A DNA stretch of 64,000 bases from Macrostomum lignano (lineage: Eukaryota), in assembly GCA_002269645.1 (NCBI GenBank), contig NIVC01000106.1, positions 868,001 to 932,000 of the forward strand, given 5' to 3'. Under the pieces are notes generated by a model. The model had not been told where the DNA came from and did no database searches. It worked only from the letters and a program-made list of their open reading frames with translations. The position numbers and the translations under genes are program-made. Positions 1-10,800 of the stretch are shown one piece after another. Within the stretch, counting starts at the first letter, position 1. The number at the start of each line of letters is the position of its first letter.

Positions 1-783
1 CGGTGCGATGGGCGGTGAATTGAGAGGCGGGGACTTAACGACCTAGTTTTTGGACCTAAGTGGGTCTTGAAACTGTGCCACTTATATGACTAGGCATAAG
101 TCTTTCGTATCCTTACGACCTTCGTAATCTATAAAGCGCAGGTTTGCTCTTACGCTTGACCGTAATTTTGGGACTACGAGTAACATGGAGTCTCTGCTCG
201 TGCAATTAACGGCCTTGGAGAGCCAACCCACCAAGGCGCAATGAAGTGTACATGCCTAACGATTAATCAAGTTAGGGCCGCTGTACACTCCTGTGTGAGT
301 GTGTGCCTATGTGTATGACTGCGTACGCATCCGCGCGCTTGTGTGCCTGCTCAGGGGAGTCGGCGGAATTGGCAGCAATGCCTCTCGCCGGTTGTGCGAC
401 AATGTCGCTCAAGTGCGCTAGGGTGCACACAGCCTTCTGGCAAAAAAGTGGCAGGTTCCTTTAGGCTTGTAGGAATATTTTTCGGGATTGCAGAAAGGTT
501 TTGAGATCCCAGTATTCGAATATCTTAGTGAATGTGGAAGTGACCAATAACTTAATGCATGTAAAATTTGAAAAGATTCCCGTTTTTCTTTCAAGAGTAA
601 AATATCTGACCCTGGAAATGGGAAAGTTCATCCTTCGGTTTATTGAAGGAATGCAATACCGAGTTTTGAACCATTGTGGTGTTCCCTTGCATTCGAGTTG
701 TTCCAATGTGCACCGGAAACTAATGAAATACTAGTCACTGTAAAGTACAGTCAGAACGACTCCCGATTGGCTAAAGGTCAAAC

Positions 784-2314
784 CTGCATGAGCCAGCGAG
801 GCGACTCAACCACGTAGAAGTGGGCGAGCAGCAGCAGCAGGGCCGGAGCCGAGATGACCAGCTCGAGGTATCGCCAGTGCTGAGTTACGTAGGCTGCGCC
901 GGTTAGCAGAAAAATTCCTGCACTCCAGCCCTGCAAGTAGTTTATAGGGCGTTTGTAGGTAATTGCGGAGAAGCTCGAAACTGCACTGTTACACGTGGAT
1001 GTGCAAAATGTCTTCGTGTACAGTAGGTAGGTGACGTTTTTACGGAGACAATCAGACTGGGTTTACAAAGACATCAGACTGGGTTTACACAGACATCAGA
1101 CTGGGTTTACACAGTCATCAGTCTGGGTTCACGCAGTCATCAGACTGGATTCACACAGTCATCAGTCTGGGTTCACACAGTCATCAGTCTGGGTTCACAC
1201 ACTCATCAGTCTGGGTTCACACAGTCATCAGTCTGGGTTCACACAGTCATCACACTGGGTTCACACAGTCATCAGTCTGGGTTCACACAGTCTTCAGGCT
1301 GAGTTCACACAGTCATTAGACTGGGTTCATACAGACATCAGACTGGGTTCATACAGACATCAGACTGGGTTCATACAGACATCAGACTGGGTTCACTGCT
1401 TGCCCTGTCGATTTTCGCTTTTATTTGCGCCAGTGACCGAAGCCGAGTTAATAACTGGCAGGAAAAATTTCCTCTCTCACCTGCTTCATTAGCATAGTAA
1501 AGAGGAACCTGTGCCTGCTGTGCTGCATCTCGGTGTGCCAGGCGAAGCACACAGTCAGCAGACCGGAGGCCGCGAAGCCGGTCACGAAGCGGAACACTGC
1601 GTAGGCGGCCACCTCCTTGACGAAGGCCGCGATGACGCCGCCGACAGCCAGATTGACGCAGGCCAACAGGTAGGCGTTGCGCCGGCCCCACCGATCCGAC
1701 AAAATCCCATAGCTTGTGCTGCCAAATAGGAAGCCGAGCATAAACATCACCTTGACAACCGTTGCTATGGGTTCCCAGCCACAGACAAGACCGAACGATT
1801 CCGTCACAGTTTTAGACATCGGGTCGGAGCTGTTGAAGAGAAAGCGCTGGCAAGGTATTCCGGCTGCAGAAGGAACGCTGCCGTTCTGAGTCGCCTCTGG
1901 CGCCGATGTCGGACCGGGAATCTGACAGCTGCTCAAGTTGGACACCGAGGCCCAGTCGATTGAAGCTGCAGCTGAGGAATTATTCGAGCCGAAACCGGTG
2001 GCGCAGACGAACGGGCGTCTCAGCATGGTGAAATTCACCGAGTGAATCTGCATCGACGGAAACGCGACAGCCAGCGCGATTGTGACCATGAAGGCGGCCT
2101 GGTACTTGTGTCGCCGGCCCACCACGTTCATGTACTCGTCAAATGTCGGCTCCAAGCTGCCGCCCGACATCAGAGACTCCATCGAGCCGGCTGTCCGCTT
2201 CAACTGGTGCTGCTCAACTTTATCTAAGTCGTTTCCTTCTTCATCATCGTCCTCGTCCGCTCCATCTAGCTGGTCTTTGATCTCGCCGACAGCTTGTTTT
2301 ACAGGCTCCTGCAT
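784..2314 (-). CDS. SLC22/organic cation-type MFS transporter, 5' part (exons 2314-1481 and 930-784; further exons not found in window)
   Basis: TM1, large Cys-containing loop (FVC...CQRF...TVTESFGLVC), MFS motif GILSDRWGRR, then exon GWSAGIFLL...VVESPRWLMQ (ESPRWL motif). GT-AG junctions in phase 0 at 1480/931 and a donor at 783. Confidence 0.9.
1050..1395. repeat. 22-nt minisatellite (CATCAGTCTGGGTTCACACAGT-like) in SLC22 intron
   Basis: About 15 tandem copies, entirely inside intron 931-1480. Confidence 0.9.
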
Positions 2315-3584
2315 GATGTAGAATGAATGGAAAACGACGGTAAATTTCCTTGCAAGTTGTAAACTTCAATTAGTTAGCTAGTTGTACATTTATGACGGTA
2401 TTGAGGAAGGCACAGCTGTGCAGGCTAGGGATGCAAAGTTCCATTAGGCTAATGCCTCTCTCTCTCTCTCTCTCTCGTGAGGCTGCTATATCAGTTTTTT
2501 GTACAGCAAAGCCGTGCTTTGCCACGCTCTATCCCTCTCCTCTCTTTCTCTTTCTCTCTCTCTGCCGCCGTCCCACTCAAGCTATAGGAAGGGAGAAGCA
2601 CAGTGTTCACGCAGAAAATCATCGGTGGAAGTGTACGCTGCAGACATTGCGTTCCTCCTCTCTCCAGCCCTCTCCTCTACCCCACTCGGCTCCTATTCAA
2701 CTGTGCGCAGTCCACACACAGAAAGGCTGAATGCTGATTAAAGTAGCCAAGAAAGAAGCACTTTGCTAGCTTCTTCAAGTAGCTTTTACAATGTGCGTGC
2801 ACTCGTGGAAAATTTGCATCTAAGAAACCTAGTGAAAACCAGTGTTGGAAGGCTGCGAAATTGAAAAGTTTCCTAGTTTACTAATATTGCTGTGAAAAGT
2901 TGAAAAGTTGCCTTGCACTTGTGTAGTGATTGCTGCACTGTTGCACAGTTAGATTTTAATTAAAGTTTCTGTAAGAAAGAGATGAGGCTAGAGGATATCT
3001 GATTAAGAACCTGATGATCGGACATAAAATTGCTAATATCAGGTGGCCCAGGTTGCTAAAACCTCAGGGCAGAGCACGCTGCGACGCCAGGATGGCGTTG
3101 GCGTTGCGCCAGGATGACCACAGCCTTCCTGCGAATTATGATTTAGCCTACTATCAACGTTTTTTGTTGCTCCTTCCCGAGTTCTTGAAGAGGTTCCTAG
3201 AAATAGAACTCGCTGCTCCGGAAGTATTCTAGCTAGATAGTACCGTTGTACTACCTATCGATTTGCCTGAAAAAGAACCTAAAACGTTAGCCTTAGACTT
3301 GGTAGGGTTGCTGCAATCTTGGTGTGCGGACTCGACGCGTCGGCAGAGTTGTCTATCCGTCACCTGAAATAAAATAACGAAGTCGCTCGGAGCAAGGCAG
3401 ATCTGAAAAATGTCTCGACAGTTGATCGTTCCTAAAATTGCTGCTCGAACCTGAAAACCTGAAAATCCTGAAATGAGAGAGAAGAGCTCGGAGGCAGAGA
3501 GGCAGCTCCGGTCGAGCCCAGGCAGGACGACGCGACACTCCGCGCTGCTCCGCGATCTGGAGAAACTGGTTCACAGATGCTCTG

Positions 3585-3957
3585 TATTTATAGCCGAGCG
3601 AACTCCCAAAAGTCACGTGATTTTCATGCGTTGAGCGCGTGAAACTTCCTTATTTGGTCCTTAGAATCATGCGAGCGATGCGTGATCCAAGGCCAACTTC
3701 CAAATAAGGTAACCCTGTCACGCAGCAGTGGCGTGATTCAAGGTCAGCGGCCACGCATAACATGCGTGCACAGTCACGTGCTTATTCTGTGCTAAAAATA
3801 GAACTTGGGCGGATGAGTCATCCTGTTAACTCCATCTAGGCAGCCATTACACTTCGCGCGCGCGAGAGGGCAGGTGATGAGTCATCCTGCTCAGCCTCAG
3901 CGCGGGTGGGGAAGATATTGTGTGTGGCTGCCCACGCCTGCTCGGGCGATGAGTCAT
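3585..3957 (-). promoter_or_regulatory. Putative promoter: TATA box, 2 E-boxes, 3 AP-1 sites
   Basis: TATAAATA on - strand at 3585-3592. GTCACGTG at 3612 and 3773. ATGAGTCAT at 3813, 3877 and 3949. Confidence 0.55.
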
Positions 3958-5744
3958 CGGGCAGTAAACACTTAGGCCCAGCACAGGGTAACTCTCTCTC
4001 TAGATCAGGTGGATTGAGCTGCTGTGCAGCGGATCACAGAGCCCGTAGAGATAGCTAGTGAATGCTGCTGAATAGCCAGTTAGCAGCCAGTCACTACAGT
4101 TTCAGTGAAGTTTCAACACTGCTTTTGCAACTTTCACCATAGACTATGGTCACAAGCTTATTGTTACTCTGATTTAACCATAGAAGCATTGCTTAGCAAT
4201 TTGACGATCATTATTCACATTTTTTATTCAGACTACAGCATAACAATGCAAAGAATCAGCGGTCCCAGTGCGTGACGACGATTGTCTGGCGAGCGCCAAT
4301 ATTTATCCATTGTTATGCATCATGGCTTTAACCTCTCACACTGAAGCCAGAAAAAGTACGTTCTTGCCGGCGTATTCAGCGAGGATGGCCATCGACTACG
4401 AGTATCGCTGCCATTGTTAGAACTCTCATCAGTTAGAACTTATTCATTACCCAATAAATCTGAGATGAGTAAGCGCGATCTACGTTCTTAAGTGGTTTAT
4501 TTTAGAGGTGTAAAATAAGCATGGTGATCGCTATGGCGCTTCTACGTTGGAGGATTGTTTTCAGTATGCAGCAATGCTACGATCGGTCAACCAAGTCGGA
4601 AAGCCATGTGGAGCCTCTGGAAAAACGTAGAATTCAATGAGAGCCGACGTGCGCTGGATGCTTCAATGAAGCTGAGTACCCGTGATTGAAAGGGTAGTGG
4701 ATCGCGTCGCGCAGGACTTGCTCCATCTGGCATCAAATAGACGCTCTGGACTGAAAGTGTGCTTGGTAGTGATAGTCCACGACAACTGATGAGTTCCAAT
4801 TGATTTGTGTAAACGTCTGTTCAACACCTGTTAGCTATTCTACAACTTTATAACCTGTTGCTTCTATCTGTTGAGTATACTTTCAAGCGGTTTATTCGTT
4901 TGTCCCAAAGGGGTGTAGAGATTAATTCTACTTGAAATTATAGTACATTAAAAGTGTACTCGTTGTTCTGAATTGTTCAGTACAGTACCCACGGTGCGCA
5001 ATCGACAGATTCTTGATAGATAGCTCGTAGCGCCTATGTCTGGTGGTACATGATTCTTCTGCTTCAACGTCCAGTAAAACTGCAGCCAGTAAAGCCACCG
5101 ATTCGGCTATTGAAACATCAACAATACATAAGCACCGCCGTCGAGACTGGAAACTGTCAGATGGGACCAGTGACAAGACGTTGCAGACATTAGCAAACAA
5201 AATGATTCTTTGACATGTTTTGACATAGCCGCTTTAAGGCTATATTCGCTCACGAAAAGCAGCCACGGCTTTATTCTTGTCAAATATATTAAACAGTCAG
5301 TCGCAGCTAAAGGCAGCTAAGACGATTAAATTAATGCATTCAGCTCAGTAGAATGAATTCGCAAACGAAACGAAATAGCTGCAAAAAGACTGCTTTTAGG
5401 CTGATAGCTGATGGCGTGTGAATGTGTTAAGCTAGCTGCAGTATCTCAAATATTCCAAATCTAACGCAAAAATTAGCTTCATAAAGATGGCTCCGAGCTA
5501 AAATTTCTCTTCGAAAGGAAAAGCTTTGATAAAGCAGCTACCCAAAACAATAAAAGCTCTTGAATCCCTACTAAGTGCTTTGGTTGAATTGAAAATTGAT
5601 TGCAAGGAAACATTTTTTCATTGATCAACGGTTGCCTAGTAGCTAGTGCATGGAAATTTCTCGATGCATCGAGTTGTCGATAAATAGCTCAGTAAAAGAA
5701 GCATAGTATAGAAGCTGCTAGATGCATATCGGCTTGAGACAGAC

Positions 5745-6477
5745 ATGTCGCTGGGAGTCTTGCTATGTCTGCTGGTCCTGCTACTCGCTGCTCTGCCGCC
5801 ACTGAGCAACTCCTCCGGCTCCTTCAGCCTTATCGAAGGCTACCTGTGCATCAGGAACGACTTCATTGAAACTCCAGGTGGCTCTATGGGACGAAATATT
5901 TCTGTGCCTCGATGTGCAGCCGCAACCCGCGCTGTCAGGCGTTCAGCCTGGCTGACGGTCCGTGCCAGCTGTTCGTGTTCGACAAGTGCAGCAAGTCGGT
6001 GAGGGACTGCGGCTGCTCCAGGAGAGGCCGGGTGTTTGTGAAGCAGCAGCCGGGACTCGAGGCGGGCGCGCTGTGTCCGTCTGGCTACCGAGACGACCTG
6101 TGCGGAGGGAAGTACAAGCTGCACTTTAACGCCGATTTCTGGTGGCCGAGCAGACGCCTGTGCGAGTCGGAGAGCGGTCTGGTGATCATGGCTGACGTGA
6201 TGGACGCCAGCGAGATGAGCCACGTGGAGACGATCTACAGCAAGTACAGCGCCGGCTCGGAGGCTACAAAACTCCTGGAAGTCCCGAGCCGAGAGGCGGC
6301 TGGCACTAGGCCAGCTGCAACATCACCCTTGACGACAGCTTGTGGAACCCAGGTGAGCCTCATGGTGGTGGTGAAAACGTCATTGGCCGCTACAAGCTAA
6401 AGGATCATCTCTCCGATTTCTGGGATTCGGTGGACAAGTACAGAGCGCTGTGCGAGTGCGTGTCTCCAATTGTCTGA
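5745..6477 (+). pseudogene. Secreted PAN/apple + C-type lectin domain protein, disrupted
   Basis: Signal peptide MSLGVLLCLLVLLLAA; PAN-like FCASMCSRNPRCQAF...CQL; CTLD CPSGY...[W]LGGY...GWH*ASC...LWNPGEPH...LSDFW...ALCEC. Reconstruction needs -1 shifts at about 5870-5900 and 6253/6254, and there is an in-frame TAG at 6307. Confidence 0.75.
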
Positions 6478-7485
6478 GCTGTGGAGAGGCCAGTGAATCC
6501 GATCATACAATGTTGATTAAGTTTTTTAAACACAAACGCAGTCTTTTAACGCAATTAAACTGATAATGACGTCTGCCGAAAGTCGGTGTAATGTAAAAGT
6601 ACATATCTGTCATCGACGTCGGTGCATGACACACCCTGTTCGCTCTGTTTTAGAGTTTTCGGAGTTGAATAATGAATAGCTCGTATTGCAATAAAACATA
6701 AATATAACGACTTTCAAGCTATTATTTGCGTTCTTCTGAATTTTATTTTGTTCGGGATTCAATAAAATCCCATAAAATCTTTATAACAATATGTTTTATC
6801 TTATGCTTACGTACATGTATATGGCCTGATAAGCAGCCTACATGAAAACTAAAAAAATTTTTTCAACATCATGCCGAAAATATCTGTGTCGAAAAAAGTT
6901 AGCAAAAGATGAATTGACGAGAATATTTGAATCGCTCAAAACCTGGAAACTATCGGTAAGCCTCATCCTTCTCGCCGTCCAGCCTCACGCTTCTGCGAAG
7001 AATTGACTATTGTTAATGAATGTAGTTGCTGACCTTGATCAACTGGTAAAAGCTTTGTAGAGTCTTGTCCCACCCATAGGCTGCAAAAAATGTTTACAAC
7101 GCGGTTATGGCTTTTTAGTGGAGGCCACTCGGCAGGTTGAAGTTTTAAAAAGCATCCGAAGACGTCAATGGTTGATCCCGTAGCAGCACTGATTCCTAAA
7201 TATAGTGGTTTGGCTTGCAATAAAGCGAAGCAAATAATGAAAATCAAGGGCTGAGAAAGTCGCGATCTGGGCATGAGCTTGGCGCCTATCTACAGACAGT
7301 ATCGCATCATAAAAACCAAGATTGTGGCGGCGCCTTTCACAAGCCAAGTCGCGGACATGTATCCACAATACGGAAGCGTGTGTCGCGAGAACATCTCGGA
7401 TTTACAGTGTATATCGTTAATCAAGCGACAACGGGCGGTGTAGTACCATCTAGCCATTCTTCCTTCACGGAATTGGAGAATTCCT

Positions 7486-7486
<1 letters not shown>

Positions 7487-7550
<64 letters not shown>
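7487..7550. repeat. (GA)n microsatellite
   Basis: About 31 GA units. Confidence 0.95.
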
Positions 7551-7555
<5 letters not shown>

Positions 7556-7800
7556 TGCAGCTGACGCACGAGAAAGTTGTAGGTGTTGGATCAATATAGT
7601 ATACTCCTAGCCCAGTCATATAGAGCAGCTCATGTTAGCTAAGAGATCAAAAAGTATATTATCTATCGCATTGGCAGCTGACTCCCAAGTGTATTTTAAA
7701 AAACCAACGCAAAATACTTTTGACAACGCCCTCGTAAATTGGACAGTCTATTTAAAAGCGCTTTAAACCAACAGAACTTTGAACCACAGCAGCTCGCGTC

Positions 7801-10800
7801 ATGGAGTCAACTGAGCTGTACCGGCTAATCTGCGATCCAAGTCGGACGAGCTATGCCAGAGCTCTAACACTGCTGGACAAGCCGTCCGATGCAGACGTAA
7901 CGGAGATCCTACGTCGTTGTAGTCGTCGGCAGAACACCTATTTGCACCTGCTGATGCTGCAGCTTCGTCGACTGTCGAATCGATGCAACGGCGACATCGG
8001 TTTGGCGATCGCCCTCGCCTATCGGTTGGCACTGCGTGGCTGCGACGTCAACGGGCAGAACCTGGCTGGCAACACGGCGCTGCACATGGCCTGCTACCGG
8101 CCTGCTGGGGACCAGCTGGCTCAGCATCTCATCCGGATGGGTGCGCCCGATTTCTGAGAGGCTGTGGCTCATAATTTTGGGGGAAAGTGGTTGAATTGAG
8201 TGACGCTCATACAGGGTGTACAGCAGTTCTGACTCTTAATCGTCACGCGGAGTCTGAGGCGTTACTCGCTGAGATATTACATGTACTCATCTGCACTGAG
8301 AACTCGGGGATCTTTTAGTTGGTCCTTGCAGATGCGAATTTGATGACAAGCCCCATTATCAGTGTCCGCACAAAAACTTTTACAAATTACTTCGTGAAGA
8401 ACAACACGGAAACAATAATTGGCTAACTTCGTTTTCAAACACAAAGGCGCCGATCCTGGCATAAAAAACGAACGAAATTGGCGAGTGTTTCACGACAACC
8501 GGCAGCACAAGGTCTGGCTGATTCGCAGCAGCACTGCCGCAAATTGCTGCAGCATGTGGAGTGCAGGTGCGGATCTTTTGCCTGGTTTATGCTTGGTCAG
8601 CTGGTGCAGAAGGCGCTGCAAATTTTGCTGGTGGCCATGGTTTTCACCACTTTCGGAATTCCGAATTGCACTCGCGGTGCACACACGAGTTTGTTAAGAA
8701 ACAGTTAGAAAAGAATACTGTTGAAGAGAGGCACCGCTTGACAGTACGCTGAATGAGGTCTCATCTTCGACAAATTTGGTCGAGAAAAAAGTGATTGAGA
8801 AGTCAGAAAACATCAAGCAATGAGTTTAAAAACTGCCAAAAATCGGTTTCCAGCAAAATTTGCAACGAATTAAGAGTACATAGCATCCATGGGTTTATGG
8901 ACTATTCTTTCACCTGCCTGTCATTCTACCATACTCGTATAATAAACCTGCTATTTAACAAGTTTGCGACGGAGTATGGCTGGCTGGTGAGTACAATATC
9001 AGGCTTGAATTAAGTTAGAAAGTTTACATGCACCTTTGTAGGTACAGCTAATATTAGAATTCTGTAAGTAGTTTAGCAGTAGGTAGTATCGCAATGTGTA
9101 TCTATTTTTTCTGAGGTTAATTTAACTGAATCACTTTTATTTTATCAATTTTGACGCGTCACAATTTAACCCAGACGTGAAGGCTTTGAAATAGTTTTGT
9201 CACGTCACGGCGAAATCGAAACACAACCCATTGGAATACCAATGTTTAGGTTCAACTTATTTATAAAGTTATTCAAAGTGATCCTTCTCTAGTGCTTTAG
9301 GTTGTGGCCACCCTGATGCAAAGCCTTCGGCGAAATCGTCCAACAACAATTCCAACGCTGACAGGACGGCAATCCTACCAATCCCGCTGATTCCTGAGCA
9401 CACTCAGGCACAGCACTCAAACATTGGCCCTGACTTTCGAATCGTCAGGCATGTACAATCTGTGTCTCTCTGCCTTGGGGGTTGGCCCTAGTGGCTGTGT
9501 ATCCCACGACGACAATTTTCATGCACAAGCACCAAATGAATGTGGCTGTGCAGGGAATCGAACGCCGGGGTCTTGCCCTTAATGGTTAGAGTCAATACTC
9601 AAAGGTTAGGCTCAAAGTAGCTAGTTTACAAACGCTCAACCTTGTACTCAAACTTAGTTGCCAGGGAGGACGCGGCTCTGGTTGCGAAATACCTGAACTC
9701 ATGGATTCGAGTCGACTCTCGTAGACGACGCAAAACTCTGCTGCAGTTGAGCAACGAGACTGGCAATTATGGCATCATCCGGCTGATGGAGAGGCACTCG
9801 AACACTAACGAGCTGGTGTGCAGGGCTCTGTCCTGCGACTGCGACGGAGTTCGCCAACTGCTGGCTCTCAAATCCGGTATGAACCTTTCACAAGTGCTAC
9901 TTACATATAATTCTAATAGCCGTCATTTGACCCTTCTCGTTGTGAAATCGAACCAGCAATCATCCGTGATGCACAATGCACATTGATTGTTGTATAATAG
10001 GGGCTGTTTCGAGTCCTTTAAGCGGCCACATTCATTTGATGCTTTTGCTTTGCTTATCCACGTGGCGCAGAGAGTGTACATGCCTGACGATTAGAAAGTC
10101 AAAAGGCCCCTGTACACCCTGTGCGAGCGTGTGTACGAGTGTGTGCTGTAGTAGCGCTGTAGACTAGTCTTCGCTTTATTCAGCTTTTTTACTCCGCAAA
10201 AATATTGTCCCCAGACAGGCCAAATGTTTCTACGTGCGACAGCTCACAGAAGATCCCAAAGCCACTGCTGGCTGAGATGCGACTGCTCTCCCAGGTGCCA
10301 GGTGCTCAGGAACTCTGCGGACTGCTGCGCTCAGCTGGGGCACCCGATGAGTCACAATATTTTGGTGAGAAGGTTTTAGACTTTAGGTTGTTACCCAGTG
10401 ATGCTCAGTGGTTACCAAGTCATGTCTTGTGGTTACTAAGTGCCTCTAATCATCCGTGCCATGATGTCCAACAGACCAGCTGGAAACAAGTCGACGCTCG
10501 TTTCGCCTGTCCCAATTCTACCAGCTGGTTCAAACTGGCTCCACTGACAGCTTGGCTCAAGCGTGGAGCGAACTTGACGCCAAGCGGGTTGACGTGGATT
10601 GCATTGACGAAGAAACTGGAGATACTTACCTGCACTGTGTGGTGCGAAGGTGGGCTCTTTTTTGTTTTTACCTGGCCCTTAAACCTGTCTCACCAACCAC
10701 CTCACTCCACACCTCCTCACTCCGCACCCCTCACTCCACACCTCCTCACTCCACATCCCTCACTCCACACCTCCACTCCGCGACCCCTCACTCTACACTC

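Noticed and set aside
461-734. Short overlapping ORFs
   Set aside because: No recognisable motif and not the expected next SLC22 exon
1371-2321. Antisense and alternate-frame ORFs over GC-rich exons (also 5840, 7799, 12048, 36502, 47828, 60826)
   Set aside because: Shadow ORFs expected from GC3-rich coding sequence
4587-5200. Short minus-strand ORFs
   Set aside because: No motifs or consistent splice path could be established
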